Source: Desulfobacterales bacterium
GTDB lineage: Bacteria; Desulfobacterota; Desulfobacteria; Desulfobacterales; JAHEIW01
Assembly (NCBI GenBank): GCA_050116155.1
Contig: JASFPE010000001.1
Coordinates: forward strand, 1-45,115
Reading direction: 5' to 3'
Length of the DNA: 45,115 bases
The notes beneath the pieces are model-generated. The model was given only the letters and a program-made list of their open reading frames with translations, was not told the origin of the DNA and searched no databases. A program made the translations under genes and the position numbers. Positions 17,474 through 25,904 of the stretch are shown here, piece by piece. Position 1 is the stretch's first letter. Every line of letters starts with the position of its first letter.

Positions 17474-18385
17474 TTAAAGAACCTCCGGAAATCCCGGTGC
17501 CCGCAGTTCTGTGTCGAGGGCGTCTTCCAGAAGCTTGACCACCATGGATGACCAGGCATTTCCGCCGTATTGTGCCCGGGCACGGATAAACACTTGCTCA
17601 ACCAGTCCCCCCAGCTCCAACGGAACATCAAATTCGCGGCCAAGCCGGTTGGCAAGCAACAGGTCTTTGCACGCCAAGTCCATGGTGAAGCCGATATTGT
17701 AGCTGCCGTTTAAAATCACCTGGCTTTCGGTTTCGTGAACGAAACTGTTGCCGGAGCTGGCTTTGATGGCTTCGAACGCTGTGGTCAAGTCGAGACCTCC
17801 TCGTTTGGCCAGCATCAGCGCCTCACCCGCGGCTACCAGATGAATGAACGCCAGCATATTGGTGATGACCTTGATCACCGAAGCACTTCCCAGGGGGCCC
17901 ATATATATGATGGTGCCGCCCATGGCCTGAAAGGCAGGCAAATGTTCATCATAGACGGTCTTATCGCCACCGACCAGAACCGTTATTTCGCCTTCAGCGG
18001 CCTTGTGAACACCGCCGGTTACCGGTGCCTCAAGACAGGCAATTCCGTTGTCCGCGGCAAGGGCAGCCAGGCGTTTCACCTCATTGAGATCATTGGTGCT
18101 CATGTCGATCCAGGTGCCGCCGGCCTTAAGGCCAGCCAGGATACCATTTTCCCCGGTCATGACTTCGGCGACAGCCGCTGGTGAGGGAAGGCAGGTGATG
18201 ACGGTATCTGCTGATTCGGCAGCCTGTTTGGGAGATGAAGCGCAGATCCCACCCGGCTCGATCAGGCCTTCTGCTGCATCGGTGTCGAGATCATGAACGG
18301 CGACCGCAAATCCTGCGCGCAGCAGATTGGTGGCTAGGTGTACACCGAGATTACCGACGCCAATGAATCCGAATCTCTTTTTCAT
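17474..18385 (-). CDS. NAD(P)-dependent oxidoreductase, 3-hydroxyisobutyrate / tartronate-semialdehyde reductase family
   Basis: 303 aa. N-terminal FGFIGVGNLG Rossmann motif, LEAPVTGGVHKAAEG, and the GSASVIKVITN block. Confidence 0.85.
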   Translation of the reverse strand: MKKRFGFIGVGNLGVHLATNLLRAGFAVAVHDLDTDAAEGLIEPGGICASSPKQAAESADTVITCLPSPAAVAEVMTGENGILAGLKAGGTWIDMSTNDLNEVKRLAALAADNGIACLEAPVTGGVHKAAEGEITVLVGGDKTVYDEHLPAFQAMGGTIIYMGPLGSASVIKVITNMLAFIHLVAAGEALMLAKRGGLDLTTAFEAIKASSGNSFVHETESQVILNGSYNIGFTMDLACKDLLLANRLGREFDVPLELGGLVEQVFIRARAQYGGNAWSSMVVKLLEDALDTELRAPGFPEVL

Positions 18386-18491
18386 ACCTTATCCTTTCTA
18401 ATTTGCAGTGTGTTCATATATAATTTTCTGTTACCGCGCCGCTTTCCGTCTGGTTATGAGGCTATAGATTTTTCAAAGTAGACCGCAGCGA

Positions 18492-19679
18492 TCATAAAAC
18501 CGGCCGATCCAGCATCTCGAGATGTAGTTTTTTCCCGGTATAGGGATGCTTGGCGGCCACCTCTTCATCGAGTTCGACGCCCAGCCCGGGGTTTTTCGGC
18601 GGTACAATATATCCTTGTTCCCATTGGATTGGCGCTTTCAGAATCTCGGCGTGGAAACCGTCCCAGGTTTTAATACCTTCCTGTATCAGGAAATTGGGGC
18701 TGCAGGTATCTATTTGAATATTTGCGGCGCCTTCAATCGGTCCACAATACAAATGTGGCGCTATCTGGGCGTAGTGGGCTTCCGCCATGCCGGCAATCTT
18801 TTTGGCTTCAAGTATCCCGCCAACTCTCCCCAGGGCCATCTGCAGTATGGTTGCCGCCTGTTGCTCAAGCAATCTTGCAAACTCATATTTTGTGGTGAGC
18901 CGTTCACCGGTTGCGATGGGGATGCTGGTCGAACAGGCCACCCGGGCCATTTCTTCTACTTTTTCTGGAGGCACCGGTTCCTCAAACCACAATGGATCGA
19001 AGGGTTCCAGGCGCCTGGCTAAGCGAATGGCACTGGAGGTGGTCATCTGACCATGGGTTCCAATAAGTAGATCGCAATTGTCACCGACGGCCTCTCGCAC
19101 CGTTTTGATAAATCTTTCCGCCTGCTCCAACGCTTCCAGAGACAATTGGCGGGGATCAAAGGCGGAATAGGAACCTAACGGGTCAAATTTTACGGCAGTG
19201 AAGCCCTGATTCACATAGTCTGCCGCTCTTTCTGCTGCCAGTTCCGGATCTCTGTACACGTCTGTTTTATCAGTATTTTGTGGATAGATATAAGTGTACG
19301 ACCTGAGTTTTTCATGCACCTGGCCGCCCAGCAATTCATAGATTGGCTTGTGTAGTTCTTTGCCGACAATGTCCCAGCATGCCATTTCAATGCCGCTGAG
19401 TACCCCCATCAGTGACAGGTCCGGGTGTTGGGTGTAGCCGCTGGAATAAATAATTCGCCACAAGCGTTCTATCTTGAAGGGGTCAGCTCCCAAAACACTT
19501 CGTTCACAAACGTCCTCAATCATACGCGCCACAATGTGTGGATGAAACGGCACCGAATAAACCTCTCCGAACCCCGCTACTCCGCCGTCGGTAGTGAGTT
19601 TTAGAAATACCCAGTAAAGTCCGCCGAAATGGGGTGGCGGATTTTCGACCACATAAGTTTGGACATCGGTTATTTTCAT
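18492..19679 (-). CDS. Enolase-superfamily enzyme (mandelate racemase / acid-sugar dehydratase-like)
   Basis: About 395 aa from ATG 19679 (MKITDVQTYVV...). GFGEVY N-terminal capping domain and a barrel with LLIGTHGQ, WFEEP and ATGERL metal-ligand blocks. Confidence 0.8.
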   Translation of the reverse strand: MKITDVQTYVVENPPPHFGGLYWVFLKLTTDGGVAGFGEVYSVPFHPHIVARMIEDVCERSVLGADPFKIERLWRIIYSSGYTQHPDLSLMGVLSGIEMACWDIVGKELHKPIYELLGGQVHEKLRSYTYIYPQNTDKTDVYRDPELAAERAADYVNQGFTAVKFDPLGSYSAFDPRQLSLEALEQAERFIKTVREAVGDNCDLLIGTHGQMTTSSAIRLARRLEPFDPLWFEEPVPPEKVEEMARVACSTSIPIATGERLTTKYEFARLLEQQAATILQMALGRVGGILEAKKIAGMAEAHYAQIAPHLYCGPIEGAANIQIDTCSPNFLIQEGIKTWDGFHAEILKAPIQWEQGYIVPPKNPGLGVELDEEVAAKHPYTGKKLHLEMLDRPVL

Positions 19680-19911
19680 GAGTCGCTGTCCTTTGTTAAA
19701 GGGTGAAGAACGGGTCACAATTACTTTGATTTTTAGTCATTTACATAAGCTTTTGGCAAAGTCAATATGAATGGGATGTTATTAAATTATTTTGATCTGC
19801 CATCTGATTTTTGTATACTAACCTTGACTGCTGAAAAGGCGATATGATATTCAGCTTTTCATGAAGAAATGTGTTAACCCTTAAAAAGTGGGTGCCACAT
19901 GAGATGAATAG

Positions 19912-19952
19912 AAAAAATCCCGTTTTTCAATACGAAAGACGGGAATTTTTTT
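19912..19952 (+). terminator. Intrinsic-terminator-like hairpin (bidirectional shape) upstream of the patatin-like gene
   Basis: cccgtttttc-aatac-gaaagacggg forms a 10-bp stem with one mismatch. An A-run lies 5' and ttttttt lies 3'. Confidence 0.5.
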
Positions 19953-20004
19953 GGGGTAACGACACATTTGAAACCGATCAGATATTTAACTTGAGAGGTT
20001 TGTC

Positions 20005-22080
20005 ATGCCAAGAATAAAGAATCCCACGGTAGCGTTTAATGAGGTTCTCACCGATGAAATGAAACGGATCAAGAAGCGCAGATCTGAGGCGGGACAGGAT
20101 CCGGGAAACCCGAAGAAAGATGCCATTGGCCTTGCGCTGTCGGGTGGCGGTATTCGCTCTGCCACCTTCAATTTGGGTCTGCTGCAAGCCATGTGGCGAT
20201 TTAAGGTGTTAAAACAGGTGGATTACCTGTCCACGGTTTCCGGCGGAGGCTACATTGGATCTTCGTTGACCTGGTTTATGTCCAAATTGAAAACTGACTT
20301 TCCGTTTGGCACCAAACGTAAAGACCATAAATATTTGGGCGGCAGAGTTCTTACCTGGCTTCGCGCCCATGGCAATTACCTTATGCCCGGAGACGGACTT
20401 GGACTATGGGCGCTGATATCCGCCATTTTAACCGGAATCCTTTTGAACCTCCTCATCCTGATATCGTTTTTTCTTTTCATTTTTTTATTGCTATCTGAAA
20501 AAGTAGGAGCCTCGCCACCCTTTTTTGATTTTATTTATAAATATTTACCGGTTAAGATCACTACTTTATTTGCCTGGCTACTGGCGTTAGGCTTGTTTAT
20601 GATCTGCCTGTTCCTGGCCGCAGCCCTGGTTTTTGCTTTGACAACGCGATTTGAAGTTTTCCGTAACGTGTTGCGTCAACAAGGGATGCGCAAGCGGGCA
20701 GGCAAGCTGCTCATGTATGGCGTATTGTTTACGCTGGTGGGTTCGATTCCCGTCATCCATGATTATCTTGATGGGAAGCTATCGGGCTGGATTCAATGGG
20801 CCATGTCTGGGATTTCACTATCCGGTATTATTTCGATGCTCGGCGCTTTGCGCGGACGCAAGCAAGGCAATGAGGCCAAAGGCGTCCGCTCCCTTTTTCT
20901 GTCCCTGGGATTAGCCTTGCTGGTTTTTGGCATATTTCTATGGCTTTACCACCTGACCAATGGCTATGTCCTGAAATGGCCCTGGCTCATAGTTGCCATC
21001 CCCGTATGGTACATGATTGCTTCATTAGCAGATATTAATCATGTATCGATGCATCGATTTTACCGCAATCGGCTCATGACGGCCTTCATGCCTCACAGCC
21101 TCAAAGGCGCTGAAAGCGATATAAAAGAAGCGGATTATTGCCTGCTAAAAGATATTCCTCAAACACAGGCACCCTACCATATCATTTGTACCAATATCCA
21201 GACCGTTGGCTCAGAAGTCGCAAAACTGCGGGGCCGCGGAGGAGACAGCTTTTTTTTCAGTCCTGAATACAGCGGTGCAGAATCCACCGGATATATCAGG
21301 ACCTCAGATTACATCGGCGGCAATATGAATCTGGCTACGGCATTTGCCATCTCAGGCGCCGCCGTAGATCCAAATACATATATTACCCGATCCCGGCCCC
21401 TGACCTTTCTGATGACGTTATTAAATATTCGTATGGGCTATTGGATTCGAAACCCTTCCAAACCTGCCGTAACCGGTTCACTTTTACGGCCCATGTGGAC
21501 CTATTATATGCTGATGGAAATGCTCGGCAGCGGACTGAACGAAAAACGCTGGAATATCCATTTGTCCGACGGCGGCCACTTCGAAAACCTGGGACTCTAT
21601 GAACTGCTCCGACGACGCTGCCGATACATTATTGTATCCGATGCGACCGCTGATGCAGGGTGGAAATTTAACGATCTCGGCCGATGCATTGAGATGGCCC
21701 GGGTGGATTTTGGGACCGAGGTGTCGGTGAATACCAAACCCATGATACCGACTGGTGAAAATCGTTTATCTCAACAAGCATTTGTTTTCGGGGAGATAAC
21801 TTACGATAATGGAGATCCGGGTTATCTGATTTACATTAAGACGACCCCGGTAGCCAAGCTTCCGGAAGATGTCCAGGGTTATCAGCGTCTCAATGATAAA
21901 TTTCCGGATCAATCCACTGCGGATCAGTTTTTCGACGAACGACAATTTGAGGCATATCGCGAGCTTGGTTTTCAGATCGGAAAGATGCTGTTCGAAGATG
22001 CATACGGCCAAAAACTGGGTGAGTGGATCGAAAAACAAAAAACCGAATCACCGAAAACGGCATCTAAAGATACCGATTAA
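20005..22080 (+). CDS. Patatin/cPLA2-like phospholipase with a polytopic membrane insertion
   Basis: 691 aa with RBS GAGAGG. Oxyanion motif LSGGGIRSA and a nucleophile motif STVSGGGY (Thr at the first Gly position) near the N-terminus. Catalytic Asp motif LSDGGHFENLG around residue 543. About six hydrophobic helices between residues ~135 and ~345. Confidence 0.8.
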   Translation: MPRIKNPTVAFNEVLTDEMKRIKKRRSEAGQDPGNPKKDAIGLALSGGGIRSATFNLGLLQAMWRFKVLKQVDYLSTVSGGGYIGSSLTWFMSKLKTDFPFGTKRKDHKYLGGRVLTWLRAHGNYLMPGDGLGLWALISAILTGILLNLLILISFFLFIFLLLSEKVGASPPFFDFIYKYLPVKITTLFAWLLALGLFMICLFLAAALVFALTTRFEVFRNVLRQQGMRKRAGKLLMYGVLFTLVGSIPVIHDYLDGKLSGWIQWAMSGISLSGIISMLGALRGRKQGNEAKGVRSLFLSLGLALLVFGIFLWLYHLTNGYVLKWPWLIVAIPVWYMIASLADINHVSMHRFYRNRLMTAFMPHSLKGAESDIKEADYCLLKDIPQTQAPYHIICTNIQTVGSEVAKLRGRGGDSFFFSPEYSGAESTGYIRTSDYIGGNMNLATAFAISGAAVDPNTYITRSRPLTFLMTLLNIRMGYWIRNPSKPAVTGSLLRPMWTYYMLMEMLGSGLNEKRWNIHLSDGGHFENLGLYELLRRRCRYIIVSDATADAGWKFNDLGRCIEMARVDFGTEVSVNTKPMIPTGENRLSQQAFVFGEITYDNGDPGYLIYIKTTPVAKLPEDVQGYQRLNDKFPDQSTADQFFDERQFEAYRELGFQIGKMLFEDAYGQKLGEWIEKQKTESPKTASKDTD

Positions 22081-22135
22081 ATTTTTAAACATTTTTTAAA
22101 TCTGACCGATAATATTATAGTATATTATTTATATG

Positions 22136-22150
22136 GTTGATTTAATCAAC
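22136..22150. promoter_or_regulatory. Palindrome GTTGAT-N3-ATCAAC in the AT-rich region upstream of the FHA-GGDEF gene
   Basis: gttgatttaatcaac has 6-bp perfect arms and sits 67 nt upstream of the start codon. An operator function is conjecture. Confidence 0.25.
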
Positions 22151-22216
22151 TGGTGTGAGGCTGGTTGCTAACCCCCGAACACGCATTGTTTTATAAAAAG
22201 CCATAGTGGCAAAAAG

Positions 22217-23128
22217 ATGAAAGAAGAAGATTTTACACATCTCGGTCGAACGGATTTGTTGGATGCCGATTCACAGATTCAGGTCGGGGCGGGTCATCCG
22301 TATTTAATTGTATTTATCGGCCGCGATGCCGGCAGACGCTTTAAACTTGAGCCCGGCCGCATGACGGTTGGCCGCTCACCGCAGGCGGACATTAAAATTA
22401 GTGATCATCGGGTATCCAGAATTCATTGCACATTCGAATGGGACGATGAGAATATCACCGTCGAAGACAATGAATCCACCAACGGTACATTTGTCGATTC
22501 CCATAAGATAAATCGCACAAAAGTCTTGCCCGGGATTCCCATTCAACTGGGTCAATCTGTAATGAAAATCGAATACAAAGACGAGGCTGAAATTCAATCC
22601 GAAGAGAACCTTTTGCGCCAGGTTTCCGTTGACCCGTTAACCAGCATTTTTTGTCGACAGCATTTCCTCAGATTGGCTTCCATGGAGATGGCTTATGCCT
22701 GTAGGCACCAACTGCCGGTGGGTGTAATTATGTTGGTTATCGATAACTTCAATCAAATCACCGACACCCACGGGAATCAAGGTGGTGAATTTGCGCTGGC
22801 GCGCACTGCCGGTATCGTTTCTAAAACAATTCGAACCGAAGACCTCTTGGCCCGTTACACCGAAGAAGAGTTTATCATTATGCCGCGCGGAGATATCAAC
22901 AAGGAGGATATGCTTGTTCAATGCGAGCGTATTCGCAAGGCAATAAAGGATTTTGAATTCCGTTTCGGTGAAGAAATCATTCAGATAACGCTTTCTCTCG
23001 GATATCATTTTGAAAAGTTGAAAGGCAAAGACTTTAAGGACAAACTATCCGATTTGATCGCCAATGCAGAGCACGCCCTTTATCTTGCCAAAGGAAGAGG
23101 CGGTGACCGCATAGAGACCATCTTATGA
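22217..23128 (+). CDS. FHA-domain protein with a degenerate GGDEF domain
   Basis: 303 aa. FHA block MTVGRSPQADIKISDHRVSRIHCTF...NESTNGTFV. C-terminal GGDEF fold (IDNFNQITDTHGNQGGEFAL...) with YTEEEF in place of GGDEF/GGEEF, and RTED at the I-site position. Confidence 0.8.
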   Translation: MKEEDFTHLGRTDLLDADSQIQVGAGHPYLIVFIGRDAGRRFKLEPGRMTVGRSPQADIKISDHRVSRIHCTFEWDDENITVEDNESTNGTFVDSHKINRTKVLPGIPIQLGQSVMKIEYKDEAEIQSEENLLRQVSVDPLTSIFCRQHFLRLASMEMAYACRHQLPVGVIMLVIDNFNQITDTHGNQGGEFALARTAGIVSKTIRTEDLLARYTEEEFIIMPRGDINKEDMLVQCERIRKAIKDFEFRFGEEIIQITLSLGYHFEKLKGKDFKDKLSDLIANAEHALYLAKGRGGDRIETIL

Positions 23129-23189
23129 CCCGATCGTAGAATCCGGTGCGCATCTTAATGAACGATTAAATTCTTTGAACCCAACTGAC

Positions 23190-23456
23190 TCAGCCGGTTG
23201 ACCTACCAGACATTAAATTGTAAAGCCAGCCAAAAACAAAACCCAGAATTGCGGCATCGACAAGCGCGTAAAGACTTCCGACGATCACATCACCAAATGA
23301 ACCGGATGCAGCATAGCCCGGGTAAATCGAAGCCAGCATCATCAAAAACGACTTGCCGTATCCCGGCCAAATCAGATTGGCCACCCCAACAAATAACACC
23401 TCCCCTGCCCACAGAATGGCAAAGGCTGCAGCCAGTGCTTTTAGATTTAGTTTCAT
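23190..23456 (-). CDS. Small hypothetical membrane protein (88 aa)
   Basis: Two to three hydrophobic helices. It sits 13 nt downstream of the MBL hydrolase gene on the same strand. Confidence 0.55.
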   Translation of the reverse strand: MKLNLKALAAAFAILWAGEVLFVGVANLIWPGYGKSFLMMLASIYPGYAASGSFGDVIVGSLYALVDAAILGFVFGWLYNLMSGRSTG

Positions 23457-23468
23457 TTTCTTGTCCTC

Positions 23469-24350
23469 CTATTTGGTGTCATCGAAGATGAATCGCCAGG
23501 CTGTGCCGGAGCTCACGATTCGGCCAACCGAAGGCGTCGGAAAGTGAGAGGGCATTATTAAGGTATTGGTATTTGCATAACGGTCCATAAATTCACGGCG
23601 CGTGAGCTGCGCTTGGTCAGGATTAACACAAAAGCAACTATTCCAGTCGGGTTCTGCGCACTGCAGAGGGTGATGCATGATATCGCCGCTGATAACGGCA
23701 TCAGCATCCTTGGACGAGATATGCAAGCATACATGGCCAGGCGTGTGACCGGGTGTCGGATCGAGCCATATGTTTTTCTCAAAGGCATAGTCTTTCTCGA
23801 TAAAGACGGCTTGACCGGCTGCGATAATCGGCAAAATACTGTCTGTGTAATATGGATCATCGGTGAACGCATCTGTCTGATATTGATGTTGCCAATACTC
23901 CCACTCGTCGCGTACAAACAGGTATTCGGCATTGGGGAAGGTCGATGTCCAGCGACTGCCCGACAGCTTTGTGTTCCAGCCTACATGGTCGACATGCAGA
24001 TGGGTGCATAATACGTAATCCACGTCCGCGGGCTTGATGCCCAATGTTAAAAGGTTTTCCAGATAGAGCCATTTTTTCATGTGGTAGCGGGATTTTTGAG
24101 GACGGTGCTTGTCGTTACCGCTGCAGGTGTCTACCAAAATGGTATGGCGGGGCGTTTGCACGACATAGGTGTTGAAAGCAAGAATCAGCTGTCTGCTTTG
24201 CGGATCGAACAAACCGGGTTCTAGCTCATCACCAAGAGAGTCAATGGCTTTTCTTGTAGACGATGGGAGTAGGAGTTCGGGAGGAAAAAGCGGGCTTTCG
24301 AATTCGACTACACGTTGCACGATGATGTCACCGAAAGTCCATCTAGACAT
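23469..24350 (-). CDS. MBL-fold metallo-hydrolase (lactonase-like)
   Basis: 293 aa. HxHxDH motif as HLHVDHVGW, and a downstream His (TPGHTPGH). Confidence 0.8.
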   Translation of the reverse strand: MSRWTFGDIIVQRVVEFESPLFPPELLLPSSTRKAIDSLGDELEPGLFDPQSRQLILAFNTYVVQTPRHTILVDTCSGNDKHRPQKSRYHMKKWLYLENLLTLGIKPADVDYVLCTHLHVDHVGWNTKLSGSRWTSTFPNAEYLFVRDEWEYWQHQYQTDAFTDDPYYTDSILPIIAAGQAVFIEKDYAFEKNIWLDPTPGHTPGHVCLHISSKDADAVISGDIMHHPLQCAEPDWNSCFCVNPDQAQLTRREFMDRYANTNTLIMPSHFPTPSVGRIVSSGTAWRFIFDDTK

Positions 24351-24512
24351 ATGCGTTTTATTTCCTATTTTTTTTGATCATTATTGCTGAGCGATAGTTT
24401 CTGACCAGAGCGTTTTTCTGCAAGTCTTCGCAAATCCTCTTTTTTAAATGAGAAAAAATAGACACTCTTGCCAGGCAATCCAGTTTGCTTAGTGCCATTG
24501 GAACCGCTCCCT

Positions 24513-24549
24513 AATAAAAAACCCCATTTCGTTTTGCCAGAAATGGGGT
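24513..24549 (-). terminator. Rho-independent terminator downstream of the small zinc-ribbon gene
   Basis: ccccatttc (24522-24530) pairs with gaaatgggg (24540-24548). On the minus strand the hairpin is followed by a T-run (the plus-strand A-run at 24514-24521). Confidence 0.7.
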
Positions 24550-24643
24550 TTTCGATTCATACCATTGCCACCTCTTGGGTGGGACTTGTGTATTTATAGG
24601 TCTACAAAGTTATAATACCACAACGCTCCTTATTTGAAACTTT

Positions 24644-24802
24644 CTATCCCGCTTCCTTGGCTGACAGAAATCGATTTACTTTCGTGCCACACTCCGGGCA
24701 GGTGCCTTTGGCTACCGGCTTTCCCTTTGCCGTTTTTTCTACCGAGCCGTTTGTAATCTTTTGCTTCTTGCGACACTTAACGCAGTAACCTTCAAAGTCC
24801 AT
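24644..24802 (-). CDS. Small zinc-ribbon protein (52 aa), DUF5679-like; absent from the ORF track
   Basis: Hand translation gives MDFEGYCVKCRKKQKITNGSVEKTAKGKPVAKGTCPECGTKVNRFLSAKEAG. Two CxxC pairs, AAGGAGG 7 nt upstream of the ATG, and its own terminator. Confidence 0.7.
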   Translation of the reverse strand: MDFEGYCVKCRKKQKITNGSVEKTAKGKPVAKGTCPECGTKVNRFLSAKEAG

Positions 24803-25202
24803 TACGATACCTCCTTGTGCAAAAGTGTTTGGTTCTAGATCCTGAACAGCGGGTGAACCGTCCGTCTTTTGTTCAGAGAAATGAAGTTTTGACCCATACG
24901 CTGACGACTGAATAATTGCGTATGTTCAATTTTCTTAAGCCTGGATTTTATCATCTCATTTTTTCTCATGTCAACAATATTGCGTTTTTTCCAGTTTTTC
25001 TTTCCTATTGGGCTAACAGAAAATTGGGCTAACAGAAAAACAGACGGGAAGATCCTTGGTGGACTTTGTTGACGAATGTGTCGGGTTATTAACGTATAAC
25101 GATGGTATCTGGCGTAAGGCTGGGTAAATTTTAGAAAAGGAATGCGCCCTATTTTAATGCCACCTAAATGGTGTTGTACTTAATTTTTCTTCTCTTTTTT
25201 GC

Positions 25203-25361
25203 TTATAAAGAAAAAGGGCTGTCCTGTTCGATCTCCTTTGTGATCTTTGAATCATGAGCCTCTGATCGTCGATGGATTTTTTTTAACAGACCGATGACCA
25301 GACCGCATGAAAGAGAGATAAACGTTGCTACCGATAAAACGATTAGCTGTGTTTCTGACAT
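25203..25361 (-). CDS. Possible small single-pass membrane protein (52 aa)
   Basis: Hand translation gives MSETQLIVLSVATFISLSCGLVIGLLKKIHRRSEAHDSKITKEIEQDSPFSL. GAGG lies 7 nt upstream. No family recognised. Confidence 0.3.
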   Translation of the reverse strand: MSETQLIVLSVATFISLSCGLVIGLLKKIHRRSEAHDSKITKEIEQDSPFSL

Positions 25362-25490
25362 TTTCAAACCTCTAAACAAAATATTCGAATCCTCACCGAA
25401 ATATAAACGGTGTATTGTCAGAAGTACTATTTTAGAGCCAGAAGAATTAATAGCCCCATATAAAACATGATTAATATGAGAATGGTAAAT

Positions 25491-25679
25491 TCAGCCATTT
25501 TTGTGTTTATGAATCCTTTTCTTTTCGTTCCCGGATCCGCACAAATCAGAGCAAAACATGTGCCAATAATCTGATAAGGCTAGTTTTATAATAGATATCA
25601 GATAGATGGGGACCAACAAGATCCCTGATATTTCTGTGATAAGTTGCACAAAAAGATAACCGGTAGGAAAAAATTGCAT
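25491..25679 (-). CDS. Possible small membrane protein (62 aa from the internal ATG)
   Basis: Hydrophobic core LFVQLITEISGILLVPIYLISIIKL. The longest-ORF start at 25706 abuts the T-tract of the terminator. No convincing RBS. Confidence 0.2.
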   Translation of the reverse strand: MQFFPTGYLFVQLITEISGILLVPIYLISIIKLALSDYWHMFCSDLCGSGNEKKRIHKHKNG

Positions 25680-25703
25680 ACAACATTGATTGCGCCAGGC
25701 AGG

Positions 25704-25737
25704 CAAAAAAATGGGCGGCCCACGCCTAAGCCGCCCA
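25704..25737 (-). terminator. Rho-independent terminator at the end of the glycyl-radical-enzyme operon
   Basis: gggcggc (25713-25719) pairs with gccgccc (25730-25736). On the minus strand the hairpin is followed by a tttttttg tract. It lies about 170 nt after the stop of 25905..27056. Confidence 0.65.
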
Positions 25738-25904
25738 AGAAAGGAGGTTAATAAAAACGAGTTTCGCTAACAGTACTCGCCCTATTTTTTAGTCTATCAC
25801 AAAAAAGTAAGATTTCAAAATTTTTTTTGCGGATGGGACGCCAAATTTGAATCTTATTTCTAATTTTTTCATCAAAACCCGTCAGCAGTTGTTTTTTTTG
25901 TCCA

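Noticed and set aside
24839-24970. 44-codon minus-strand ORF (MRKNEMIKSRLKKIEHTQLF...)
   Set aside because: It has no ribosome-binding site, a basic low-complexity sequence and no recognisable family.
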